The notes beneath the pieces were generated by a model. It did not search any database, was not told the origin of the DNA, and saw nothing but the letters and a program-made list of their open reading frames with translations. Below, piece by piece: positions 21,768 through 32,839 of a DNA stretch of 64,000 nt (position 1 is its first letter; every line of letters begins with the position of its first letter). A program made the translations under genes and the position numbers. This DNA is from Rebecca billardiae RCC1528 (taxonomy: Eukaryota > Protista > Haptophyta). The stretch lies in assembly GCA_965240325.2 (NCBI GenBank), contig OZ251228.1:434001-498000 (forward strand). Direction: 5' to 3'.

Positions 21768-23014
21768 GCGCGCCCGCTGGCGTCAGGCCGCGTCAGCCGC
21801 CGGGCCGCATCGTCGCTGATGCAGCGCGACTGGCCACGCCATGATACTCGCAATCATATAGCGCACTGGCGCGCATCACTCAGGGCGCTGCAGATCGGCC
21901 ACGGTCCCGCACAGAGAGTGGCGGCGAGGCCTGACGCCGCAGAGTGCCTGCACTGACTATATAACTGGTTAATATATACTGGACTGGTGACCTGCTGATG
22001 ACTGCTGGCTCCGGTCACTGTCCGGGACGTCCAGCAGGGGTGCGTAGTCAATATACTCAAAATTTATGGCGGTGCGCTTCGGATGTGACTCTCAGGCGGT
22101 ACCGTACAGCGCCAGCAGCGCGCCGCAGGGCCCCGGCCGGCCTCTGCCGAGCCGCCGCCGCACCGCGCAGGCGGGCCGGCGGCAGCGGGCCGCCACGGAG
22201 ACCGGCCGGCGCCCGAGTCAGTAAACAGTATCCGGTCCCGCGCATTCGGCATTGATGATGCCACCAGCGGGCCTTGGCCGCGGACACCACCGCCTGCCAG
22301 GCGGCACAGGGCCGCACAGGCTGCTCCGGCCGCCGTGACGGGCCTGACTGGGCTCAGGCTTGAGCAGCGCACGTGCCGTCGTGCGTGTGCGTGAGTCAGC
22401 GTGACTGTCAGACTGACGATGGACGCCAGACTCATGACGCCGCCAGCATGTTGCTGGCATAGTCACAGCATAGCACTATTAGCAGAGTGAGCCGGCGTGA
22501 CTCAGATCAGTATCTTTCATTCTTTGGGATCAGTCCCGGGATCTTTCATTCTTTGGGTCTGAGACTGATGAGACTGAGTCAGTCAGTATAAGTCCGGAGG
22601 CGGGGCAGTGCTTGGCGCCGACTGTAGTGTGTAAGTGTCGTCGTAACTTTCAAGGCGTAGTGCCAGAGTCGGCACTTCTGAGTACTGTAGTCTGTACGAC
22701 CCCAGACGGCACTCGGCACTGACCGCCAGCCCCGGCGACCGTCCCCAGCCCCTTGGCGGGCCCTCGCCCGCTCGGGCCGCCAGCTATGGCGTCTCATCAG
22801 CTCGTATACCGCGTGGATGGGAATAGCGTGGACCGAGTTACCCTCTCGCACCGCTCGGGCCGACCTCGACACCGGTCACTCGCTCGCGTGCGGCCGCGGG
22901 GACCCCCGGCCGGCACCCGAGTCGAGCCCGCTCGGCCGTTTCAGGCCGATTTGTAACCGACTTTTCATCAGCACTTCTTATTGTGGACGTCCGTCCTGAC
23001 CGTCCATCAGTCGC

Positions 23015-26000
23015 ATGTCGCTCGCACACGGTGATCAGCCCATCTCGCCGTCGCACGACGAAGTGGACGGCCCCTACCTCCCGCGCGCGGCCCGCGAACA
23101 ACACGAGCGTGCGCTCGCCTCCGCCGTGCGTCGCACAGCCCCGCAGCGCGCGCTGCATGCCCACATCGGGTGCGCGCTCACGCCCGCGCAGCAATCCATC
23201 GCAAGCCTGAGCCCGTCGTGCGCGCTCTCCGTGCTCGCGGGCGCGGGGAGCGGCAAGACGAGCACGATGGTGCAGCGCGCGGTCGAGGCGATCACACGCC
23301 ACGGCATGGCGCCGTCGGAGATCCTAATGGTGACGTTCTCGGTGAAGGCGGCGTGCGAGATGTCTGAGCGCGTCGCGGCGCGCCTCGCTCTCGCCGCGCC
23401 GGGCGGGAGCGCCCTCCCTGTGGTCAAGACATTTCACGCGCTCGCCTTCAGCTGGATCTCGCGCTACCACCGCGCATGCGGCTTTGAGCAGCGGCCCCGC
23501 CCGCTGATCGGCGCCAGCGAGGAGCGTGAGGTGATGCGCGGGGTCGTCGAGGAGCTCGTGATGGTGAAGCGCCTGGCGCGCTGCCGCGCGTGGCTCTGGC
23601 TCGACGCGCGCGCGAGCTGGGCCGAGGTGCTCGACTGCATGCGCGCGAGCGCGGACTACGCTCCGTTGCTTGCGCGGGCGGAGCAGGAGGCGGCCGCGCA
23701 GGTGCAGCCGCCGAAGCCGCCGAAGAAGAAGGCGAAGGCGAAGGCCGCAAAGGGCGCGGGTGCGGATGCTTCGCCGCGCGCCGCCGGCGCCACGGCCGCC
23801 TACGTGCTCGCGGCATCGGCGGCCGCGGAGGCATCGGCGGCCGCCGAGGCGGAGCGAATGCGCGCGCGCGCGCTTCGCACGCTTGCGTATTTCGCCCTGC
23901 GCACGCGCGAGCTGCAGCCGCGCGCGCCCAAGGCGGGCGGGTCCTCGCAGGGGGCGCGGAAGAAGCCACCCGCGCTCAGCTCGCTGAAGGACGACCTCGC
24001 AGAGCGCTACCTCGCCGCGAGGCGCATCGACGAGCAGCTCAACATCATCCGCGCCGCGCGCCGCGCCGGCCACCGCGCGTCGGAGTACGTGGGCGACGAG
24101 CGTGCGCTGTGGGAGGGGTACTCGGCGAGTAAGCGGCGGCAGTGCCTCGTCGACTTTGACGACATGCTGCACGCGTTCGAGGCGCTGCTCGAGGCGCACG
24201 AGCCCGCGCGGCGCGCGCTCGCTAGCCGCTTCAACCTGATCATCGCCGACGAGTTCCAGGACAACTCGGCGCTGCAGAACCGGAGCCTCTTCCTGCTCGC
24301 GACGCCTCCGCTGCGCGCGCTGCCCGTGACAGTCGTCGGCGACGACGACCAGTGCATCTACGCGTTCCGCGGCGCCGAGCCGGGCAACTTCGGCGCGTTC
24401 CGCGCGCGCTGCGCCGAGCTCGGCATCGCGCTGCAGAGCCAGAGGCTCGAGGAGAACTTCCGCTCGTCCGCCAACATTGTACACGTGGGCCGGGCGGTGC
24501 TGCAGATGTGCCACAGGCGCGAGGCCAAGGCGCGCGCGCGCGCGCGCGATTGCGCGCGCGCGCCCCGCGGCCGTTGGCGCGCGCCGTTGGCGGCGCCCGT
24601 CACGCGGCGCGCGGCGGCTCTGACCGCGCGCGCACCGCGCCGCGCCGCGCCTGTGCAGGAGCTCGTGCCCACGCGCCCGGCCGGCGAACCAGTCCTGGCG
24701 TGGCGTGTGCGCGGCGCGCAGGAGCAGGCATCGGCCATCGCATCTGCGATTGTGCGCCGGCGCGAGCGCGCGCGCGCGGCCGGCGCGGCGGCCGCCGAGG
24801 CCGGCACCGGCGCGGACGAGCACCGCTCGGCGCGCGGCGCGGCGCGCGCGACGGCGGGCGGCGCGTGGTCGGACTACGCCTGCCTCTTCCGCGCCTTCAA
24901 GTTCGGCGCGAGCAACCTCAACGCCGAGCTGCAGCATGAGCTCGCGAGGCGGCGCGTGCCGTACGCGGTGGTGGGCGGTTTGTCTCTCTTTGAGCGCGCG
25001 GCGGCGAAGGACCTGATGGCATACTCTGAGCTGTTGCTGCCCGAGGGCTCCTCCGACGCGGCGCTGCTGCGCATTCTGAACAAGCCGCCGCGGCGCATGT
25101 CCGACAAGGCCGTCCGCGTGATCAAGGACGCACGCGACGCGGAGGTGGAGCGCACCGGCCGCCACGACACACTCGAGAGCGCGGCGCGCCGGCTCGCGCG
25201 CTCGGCCGTCGGGCTGCAGCCGGCGCAGCTGAGCAACCTCGCCGTGTTCTTTGCCACGGTGGATGCCCTCCGCGACGCGGCCGTGTACACGCCGCTGCCG
25301 GCGCTCCTGCTCCGCGCGTGGCAGGAGTCCGGGCTCGAGCGCTTCCATGCGGAGGAGCAGGAGCGCCGCAAGGCCAAGCGCGAGCGCGACGCGCACGCCG
25401 GAGGCATCGGCAAGCGCGCGGGTGCGCCGACGGAGGAGGAGGCGGAGGGGGAGGGGGAGGAGGAGGAGGTGTCGACGGACGACGAGCAGAGCACCGCCTC
25501 GGAGCGCGACGCGGACGAGGCGGACGAGGAGGACGAGGAGGAGCCGCCGGCCCCCACGCCGCCAGCGGAGGCCGTGGGCAGTGGCGGCCCGAGCGGTGCG
25601 AGCAGCGACCGCCCGGCCGCGGCCGCTGTGCAGCAGCAGCCGCACAGCCGCGTGGCGAACGTGGGCGTGCGCGCGCTCTTGCGTGTGGCACAGGACGAGG
25701 CGGAGGCGCAGCGCGCGCTCTTCGACGCGGAGGCTCAGGCCGAGGCGGCCGCGGGCCCGCCCTCGCTCTATGCGCTGGCGCGGCACGCTGTGGTCGCGCA
25801 CTGCGACGCGGCCGCGCACGCAGGCGAGCGCGTGCGTGCGCTGCTCGCGGGCGCGCCCGAGTTGCTCGTTGAGGAGCTGTTCGCGCCGCGAGGTGCAGGG
25901 ACGTGCGTGCTGCGCGCGTTCGCAGCCGCCATCGCGCTGCAGAGCGACGAGCACGACCGCGCCGCGGGAGGCAAGGGCGCGGCCACAAAGAAGGCCAAGC

Positions 26001-26530
26001 GCGACAAGGTGGCCGTCTCGACAATCCACCGCGCCAAGGGGCTCGAGTGGGCGGTGGTGTTCGTGCCCTACTTCAACGACGGCTTCATGCCCATGCACTT
26101 TCGCGCGGGGACGGACGACCGTCGGCACGTGCGCGAGTGCGCCGCGCACCAAGGCGGGGCATGCTCGCGCAACTGCACGCAGCTCTTCATCGAGCTCGAC
26201 CGGCGCGACGGGCGCGGCACGGCTGAGGAGCGGCACCACGACGAGGAGCACCGCCTGGTGCACGTCGCCGCGACACGTGCGAAGGACGCGCTCATCTTCA
26301 CCGCGGTCGAGCGAGTCTTCATGTTCGACCGGGACGAGCGCCGCATGAGGTGGGTTGACACGCCGCCCTCGCCCTGCCTGGCACGCATGATCGCTGCTGG
26401 CCCGGCACGCGTGCCGGATGGCAATCAGCATGGCGCACCTTCTCTCGTCCAAGCGGCGGTCGACGCTGACGGCTGCCATGGTGCGACTATGGCTGTCACC
26501 ATCAGCAGCCATGCTGGCCGTGCCGAGTAG
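23015..26530 (+). CDS. UvrD/PcrA/Srs2-family SF1 DNA helicase (probable in-frame GC-AG intron 24530-24658)
   Basis: [80 protein letters not shown]. Confidence 0.93.
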   Translation: MSLAHGDQPISPSHDEVDGPYLPRAAREQHERALASAVRRTAPQRALHAHIGCALTPAQQSIASLSPSCALSVLAGAGSGKTSTMVQRAVEAITRHGMAPSEILMVTFSVKAACEMSERVAARLALAAPGGSALPVVKTFHALAFSWISRYHRACGFEQRPRPLIGASEEREVMRGVVEELVMVKRLARCRAWLWLDARASWAEVLDCMRASADYAPLLARAEQEAAAQVQPPKPPKKKAKAKAAKGAGADASPRAAGATAAYVLAASAAAEASAAAEAERMRARALRTLAYFALRTRELQPRAPKAGGSSQGARKKPPALSSLKDDLAERYLAARRIDEQLNIIRAARRAGHRASEYVGDERALWEGYSASKRRQCLVDFDDMLHAFEALLEAHEPARRALASRFNLIIADEFQDNSALQNRSLFLLATPPLRALPVTVVGDDDQCIYAFRGAEPGNFGAFRARCAELGIALQSQRLEENFRSSANIVHVGRAVLQMCHRREAKARARARDCARAPRGRWRAPLAAPVTRRAAALTARAPRRAAPVQELVPTRPAGEPVLAWRVRGAQEQASAIASAIVRRRERARAAGAAAAEAGTGADEHRSARGAARATAGGAWSDYACLFRAFKFGASNLNAELQHELARRRVPYAVVGGLSLFERAAAKDLMAYSELLLPEGSSDAALLRILNKPPRRMSDKAVRVIKDARDAEVERTGRHDTLESAARRLARSAVGLQPAQLSNLAVFFATVDALRDAAVYTPLPALLLRAWQESGLERFHAEEQERRKAKRERDAHAGGIGKRAGAPTEEEAEGEGEEEEVSTDDEQSTASERDADEADEEDEEEPPAPTPPAEAVGSGGPSGASSDRPAAAAVQQQPHSRVANVGVRALLRVAQDEAEAQRALFDAEAQAEAAAGPPSLYALARHAVVAHCDAAAHAGERVRALLAGAPELLVEELFAPRGAGTCVLRAFAAAIALQSDEHDRAAGGKGAATKKAKRDKVAVSTIHRAKGLEWAVVFVPYFNDGFMPMHFRAGTDDRRHVRECAAHQGGACSRNCTQLFIELDRRDGRGTAEERHHDEEHRLVHVAATRAKDALIFTAVERVFMFDRDERRMRWVDTPPSPCLARMIAAGPARVPDGNQHGAPSLVQAAVDADGCHGATMAVTISSHAGRAE

Positions 26531-26555
26531 TAGACGCATGCCGTGGTCGGCGCGA

Positions 26556-26701
26556 CTCTCTCTCTCTCGCTCGCTCTCCCTCGTCTCTCTCTCTCTCTCT
26601 CTCTCTCTCTCAGACTCTCTCTTGAGTCAGCAGACTGATCCGGTCTCTGAGTCCGTCTGGCTCTACGAGTACTACGACATTATCATCGGCGTCCGGCCTA
26701 G

Positions 26702-26797
<96 letters not shown>
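26556..26797. repeat. (CT)n microsatellites (26556-26611 interrupted; 26705-26797 pure)
   Basis: Direct reading of the sequence. Confidence 0.95.
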
Positions 26798-26800
<3 letters not shown>

Positions 26801-27355
26801 ATGTGGCGGGTTATTGGTATACTACAATAATTAGTAGGTATATATATATACAACATAATAATAATTATAATATATATATATATAACTACCGTGATTGTCG
26901 GTGTCCCGAAGAGGCGGACGACAAGAACGCCGGGCGCCAGCGCCGCTCACCAGAGCCACATCACCCCTGTACCAGACCATCACCATCGCCTCGAAGGGCT
27001 CGGCTCCCGCCGCCCGCGGACAAACAGCCTGTCCGGGTTTGTCGCCCCGGAGATCGGTTTCCGGCGCCGGCCTCAGCCGCCTCGGCTTCGCCAGGCGCGG
27101 CGTACGGGATGGCTCCAGCCGGGCTCGTGGCCCTGCGCGGTGCTCCCCAACACACCATGAAACGGGATCACTCACGCACCGCGTCTCGTCGACGGCGAGC
27201 GCGGTATGCCCACCGCATCTGCTGCCGCTCGCCAAGGCATGAGGACACGTAAATCCCACTGAGTCACAGGAACACACGCAGCCGCCTCGGCATCGACATG
27301 CCAGGCGGCGTGCCCACCTTCGGCCAGCAGTTGGCGTCGGCGTTCACGAGGACGG

Positions 27356-27475
<120 letters not shown>

Positions 27476-27932
27476 TATTGGTGACGATGACGAATTATGC
27501 TGGACGACTGAAAAGTCGCGGAATAAGGCGCGCAGCGGCGCAGCTCATAATAATTAATATACTAGTCAGCGAACCCTCCGGGCAACAGAACCCTGCCGCC
27601 GGCTTTGAGGCCGAATATACACGCCACACTGGGGCACATATATCACCTGAGGGCCGCCAGGCCTTCTGTGTGATAAGCTACCCGGAGTACCCCAGTCATG
27701 CCGCTTGATACACACCTTCCCCCAACCGACAGTCACTCCGAGTCGCCGACAGTGGGGCTCCACATTCCTTACTTAGAAGCTACATCATGATCCTGGCTCC
27801 GGCTCCTGTCCACCCCCCCAGCTCCGTTACGTCTTGGCCCCGAGCCTAAGTCAACCAAGCGGACCATGCAGCAGAGTCCCTTCCGACCCCCGATTGATGA
27901 CTTCAACGAGAAATGTCGCATCCGACCACCTC

Positions 27933-28086
27933 CCAATAGGTTCAGACTCTATTTTACCATGCAATTACCCGCCCCTTACTCATATTTCAGCATAATCCGG
28001 GAGCGTTCCGGACACCTGGATACATATGCGAAAATGGTACCCGGAATGGGTATTTAGTTATATAAAATAGAGTCTGAACCTATTGG
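27933..28086. mobile_element. MITE-like element with 24-bp perfect terminal inverted repeat
   Basis: CCAATAGGTTCAGACTCTATTTTA (27933-27956) is the exact reverse complement of 28063-28086. AT-rich, non-coding interior. Confidence 0.6.
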
Positions 28087-28591
28087 AGGTGTGGCTGATG
28101 ATCCATCTGGCGCCGTATTGCCCGTAATGTCGTCCAAGGGACCGCCTGGGGTGGTCTAGGAGCTATCGTAGATCATCAGAGGCGGCGATCCCGCCGATTG
28201 CAGTGTCAAGATGTAACGCTCCAGTGACCGGACTGGGGGGGGTGGACCGAAGGCGGAGCCTCCTCATCCTGTCGGCGCGCTGTCGCATCGGCGCCCAGTC
28301 TGAGAGTTCGGACGACGACGTTTTGTTTGTGGACGACGGTGACGCGAGGACGACGGGCGCTGGCGCGCCGCGAGGCGGCCGCAGCCCTCATCCAGGCCTA
28401 CTCGCAGGCGCGGGACGGCTTATATATGTATATACGTAGTTATACTCGCGCGCAATATAAACGACGCGCGACGCGATTATCAGTTCCGTCCGACTCGTCG
28501 CCGCGGCGCTTACCGCCTTAGTCCTTACCAGCATCGGGCGGCGTCGCGTTCGGCGTTGGCCGTTCATGGGCGGTGACAGTTGGCGGGCGTC

Positions 28592-28643
28592 AATCTCGCC
28601 TGCCTGAGCTGTGTGCGTCTCTTATTATTAGCAGTAAACTGTA
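28592..28643 (-). repeat. Dispersed ~49-bp repeat, copy A (Tc1/mariner-like TA|CAGT end)
   Basis: AATCTCGCCTGCCTGAGCTGTGTGCGTCTCTTATT...AGTAAACTGTA, the reverse complement of the copies at 47345, 52557 and 52606. Confidence 0.8.
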
Positions 28644-28685
28644 TATGGTCATCAGTGCATCATTGAATTCGCGGTCCGATGATCG

Positions 28686-29678
28686 TCAGCATCGTGCTGG
28701 TGCTTGGATGACTGCCAGGTACGTGTTGCACGCAGTCAAGGGGGGCGGGACGCGCGTGTGCCAATCGTCTTCGTGGCAGGGCTGCGTGTGCCACCGACCG
28801 TCGACACCCCAGCTGACGTCGACGAATGGAAACACGAGACGCCCAGTGCCACCTGTGGGCAGCACCACGCGGGCCGACGCTAAATCATCAGCGTTTGCGT
28901 TGATGGTGGTGGCGGTGCGCCCGTGGCCATCGCTGGAAGGCGAGATGGGCGCCACGATGCCAGCCAGTACACGCACCCGTGGTGGGGCGGGCACCGGCGG
29001 CGGCAGGGTCCTCGGAGCTGTGCTCATTGCATGGAGTCTTCGCGCCTGGGTTGCCGCGGCGCTAGCGAAGTGGTGATGCCCCGCGGCGGAGCCGGCTTCG
29101 TCGAGCTCGCGCCTCGTGACGTGCTTGACCATGCCGAGCATCCTGTGCTCAGCGCAGCGGCAGGCGTGGTGATCGCCAGGCCTGCCGAAGGAGGGTCGCT
29201 TTACACACCCCGGACGGGTGCACGTGCGGCCCTTCATGCCAAACATGCCCTCGCTCTTGTGCGCGGCGCACCGGCTGGGTCGAGCGTCACCCGGCATGCC
29301 AAAGGACGGGACCTTGGAGCAGCCAGGGTGGCTACACGCCCGGTTTTTCATGGCGGACATGCCTTCGAGCTTGTGCAAGGCGCACCGACTGGCGCGGACG
29401 TCACCTGGCATGCCGAACGAGGGCACCTTCATGCAGCCAGCAACAGCGCACTTGCGGCTCTTCGCGCTGATCACGCCGCCGAGCTTGTGCGGGGCATACC
29501 GGCTGCTGGCTCGCACGTCGCCCGGCATGCCGAAGGACGGCGCCCTGCCGCACCCGTGAAGATTGTACGTAAGGCGCCTCGCCGTGTCGGCGGTGGGTGG
29601 CCCCTGCATCGGCGCCGGCAGCGGCGCGTGCAGCTGCACCCACGACGGCGCGTGTAGCTGCACCCACGGCCACGCCAT
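28686..29678 (-). CDS. EsV-1-7 cysteine-rich repeat protein (first repeat degenerate; possibly decaying)
   Basis: Four repeats of CxxxGCxKxPSFGxPGDxxxxRCAxHKxEGM, the EsV-1-7 motif pattern. Confidence 0.78.
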   Translation of the reverse strand: MAWPWVQLHAPSWVQLHAPLPAPMQGPPTADTARRLTYNLHGCGRAPSFGMPGDVRASSRYAPHKLGGVISAKSRKCAVAGCMKVPSFGMPGDVRASRCALHKLEGMSAMKNRACSHPGCSKVPSFGMPGDARPSRCAAHKSEGMFGMKGRTCTRPGCVKRPSFGRPGDHHACRCAEHRMLGMVKHVTRRELDEAGSAAGHHHFASAAATQARRLHAMSTAPRTLPPPVPAPPRVRVLAGIVAPISPSSDGHGRTATTINANADDLASARVVLPTGGTGRLVFPFVDVSWGVDGRWHTQPCHEDDWHTRVPPPLTACNTYLAVIQAPARC

Positions 29679-31338
29679 GCCCAGTCCCGAGGCTCCAGCT
29701 CTGCTATCTCCTTAGTTGCCGGCCGACGGCTGGACTCATTCTATGATTTAACGACACAGGTAGGACGACGCGGGTCTCCTGATTCGTCGGCGGCAGTGCC
29801 CGATCGTCGACACGAAGTCGGCGTTGGTGGCAAGAGCATAGCCTGCACCGCGATCGTAAAGCTTGAGCGCGGCCTTGAGCTGCTGCCCACCCTTCAGCAC
29901 CGTTTTTGCTGTACGTATCTCTTCCTGGGAATCAGGGCGTTGAGATTGGCGTTCCGCGCCAGTGACAGATCTTCATCTGTCACATATGTCACGTCACGGC
30001 CGTTACATGACAGGTAACGGTCGAAAATCCGAAGGGTGGCATCCCACCCTTCACCTACGCTGACACATTGAGGCGCTCTGGTCAGCCAGAAACGCTTACT
30101 ACGAGTGCAGCGTGCCCGCGCAGCGTGGCCAGGAAGCATCGCCCACTAGCTAATAGTAATACTCCCTGCGGCTTACATCGAGCCCGTGTCAGACGCCCGG
30201 AGTAGCAGTTCGCTTCATCGCGCGCGGGTGCGCGCGCACGTAGCCGCTGGCCGACGTGGTGAGCGCGTCGCGCGGCCGCGCGCGCGCACGAATCGAGTGT
30301 CAGCAGCAGCACTCGCTCGCGCTCAGCGGGAAAACATGTAACTCGGCTCACTAGGCGTCCGTGGATCAGGCATCAGCAGGCTACCGCAGCCGTGGTAGAC
30401 GTTGCAGCTGATGGGGTGGAAGGCTCGAGTGCTCGACCGCACGCCTGGCAACAGGAGGGCGCGAGCGATCGCAACCACCGCCGCGCCTGCGTCCGCGAGG
30501 GGGCTGAGCACCTTGACCTTACGCGTCGCCCTGGCTGGGCGTTGCGGGTCAGATGTATCTGTCCTACCCCCACGGCGTCGCGCGCGGGCTCTGAGCCGAC
30601 GGTCGGCGTCTGAACGGTGAACGGGTCGGTTTCCTGGCGTCCACGCAGTTATATAATATATTGTTGCCGCGCATCATCGAGGGAATCACGACCGTCGGCC
30701 AGATCGTCGAGCTCGAGCGGGCCAAGCCTCGTCCTCCGAAGATGGCGGCAGCCTATCGGGTCAATCGTCTACCTCGTCACCCATACCGACCGTATCGACC
30801 CTTCCGCTCGCCACTCTGAGCCTTGCGCCGTCGTCAGAGCTCGCGAGCGCGCCGACGGCGACGGGCCGTCGGGCGCCATCGACTCATGCCATGTCGCAAA
30901 GGGTGGGACCCCACCCTTCCGACGGCCCGCCGGTAAAGAGCGATCCTAAGGCTAAGGGCTCAGGCGGCGCCCTCAGGCGCTACGGCTGCCAGGGGTTGCG
31001 CGTACGGGCGTGAGCTGATCGGAGGGATGCCCACGCTGCTACTAACTAAGATGTACACCGCGCGCAGCAGTCTGATACGACGGAAAGGGGGCGAGGACTG
31101 AAGGACCCCTTGAACGGAAGAAGTATGAATCATGAAGATTGAAGTACCCGGGGAGGTCGCGGCCACGCAAGCTCGCTCGGGCAGCACGGCGCACGCCGGC
31201 GACCCGGCTGCCCGTGGCTCGCGCCCGCACGCACGGCCGCGGCGTCAGCGGCAACGTTGGCGTGCGGAGCCCCGGGCCGACGGGCAACGCAGCGCCGGCT
31301 GCGCACGACCACGCGGACCACGATAGGCGGAGACCGGC

Positions 31339-32229
31339 TCAGACCGTTTGCAAAAAGTCGAGCCACCCGAAGCGCAGGTCCATGATCCAGAAGGCGGCGG
31401 CCAGGTCCATCCCGGCGTGCACGCCGATGGCCGTGACCACGCCCAGCCGCTCGTCCCGCGCCACGCGGTCGAGCGCCAGCCCGAACACGATCAGGAACGG
31501 CCACGCGCAGAAGACCGAGAACCAGTGCGGCATCAGCGACGACGTGATGAACAGGTGGTACAGCGCGTAGTCGTGCGCGAGGAGCACCTTGGCGAGGGGC
31601 CGGTCGGCGCGCAGCTCGCGATGCAGGAAGGTCCGCCAGAACACCTCCTCCAGCACCGGGTTGACCACGGCGAAGTAGATCGCGAAGAAGACGTACGGCA
31701 GCGGCGGCGCGTGGATGCCAAACAGGTCGATCAGCTCGCGGAGCGTGCCGAGCGGCACGCCGAGGTACTCGCCCGGCGCGGAGCCGGAGCGGCAGCCGAT
31801 GTAGATGGCGACGCCGCCGATCGAGATCGAGAGGAAGCTCCGGCGGCAGTACCCGATTGTCCGGCGTATTTCCTCGGCGCTCGGCAGCAGCGTCGAGATG
31901 TCGACACCAAACGCGAGGCAGAAGCCCAGCATCAGCGTGAGCATGAGCGCGTGGAAGGCGAAGACGGCGGGGATGGCGAGCTTCAGCACGACGCAGAAGT
32001 ACCACATGAGCACCGTCGGCGCGAGCGCGCAGCCGTGCGCCGCGATGGCGCGGAGCCGAGGCTGCGGCTTGGCGTCCTGCTCCACCGGCGAGTCTGACCG
32101 CTGCAGCGTCGGCTGGCGCGCGACCGCGAGCAGCGCGCCGGGCTTGAGCGGCAGCTGGTCGGGCTCGTCGTCGGCGCGCGTATCAGGCACGCGCGGCGTG
32201 TTCGGCGTGCGCTCGACGTTCTGCGCCAT
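31339..32229 (-). CDS. CPBP family (type II CAAX/Abi) intramembrane metalloprotease
   Basis: VVNPVLEEVFWR (EExxxR), YALYHL, IGVHAGMD motifs. Multiple TM helices. ATG 32229. Confidence 0.85.
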   Translation of the reverse strand: MAQNVERTPNTPRVPDTRADDEPDQLPLKPGALLAVARQPTLQRSDSPVEQDAKPQPRLRAIAAHGCALAPTVLMWYFCVVLKLAIPAVFAFHALMLTLMLGFCLAFGVDISTLLPSAEEIRRTIGYCRRSFLSISIGGVAIYIGCRSGSAPGEYLGVPLGTLRELIDLFGIHAPPLPYVFFAIYFAVVNPVLEEVFWRTFLHRELRADRPLAKVLLAHDYALYHLFITSSLMPHWFSVFCAWPFLIVFGLALDRVARDERLGVVTAIGVHAGMDLAAAFWIMDLRFGWLDFLQTV

Positions 32230-32839
32230 CGCCTCCCGTCTCCCCGAAGCGTCCGTCGCCGCCGCCGACGGCCGGTGGGATGCAGTCGATGCGCGCACCT
32301 CGTTCCGCTGCGAAGGCGCGCGTGCGCAATACTTCGTCACCGACAATCCTACTCATTCGGTAATTATGCCCGCGCGCGAATTATGACCGCATCTGCTTTG
32401 ATCTCCGCCGAGATGACGTCGATGTCGTTGTGGCGGTCCCGGACCGCGATATGAAACCACCTGCCGGTTGGTTGCAGTTCTGAAGTTTTGGCGGCAAACA
32501 GGCAAACGCGCAACACCGAACGGCAGGTCCGGGTGGGTCCGGTCCGGGTTGCCAATTGGCTCGTGGCCAGTCGCAACAAGGAGAACTGACGCGGGTAAAC
32601 CGGTCGGCATCGACGCATAGTCGAAATGCATGCCTAGTACAATAGCTATTGTTTTCAGGCTCTTCTCAGGCAGGTCGAAGTACCACTCTCGAGCAGGCGC
32701 TCCGCGCTCGCGGGCTTTGGCCGTCGCGCTCGAGCCACGGTCGGCGGGGCGTGAACTGTCGTCGGCGCCTGGGCGGAGCAGCGGCTGCGCGACCGTCCGC
32801 GCGCGACGCGCACGCGGCGCACTGGCGCATCCGAGCACG

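Noticed and set aside
22511-22558. ATCTTTCATTCTTTGGG occurring twice
   Set aside because: Only two copies with a ~12-bp gap. A simple local duplication, not an array.
29700-30600. Coding-like fragments on the minus strand
   Set aside because: Short, frameshifted and without a recognisable family, so left uncalled.
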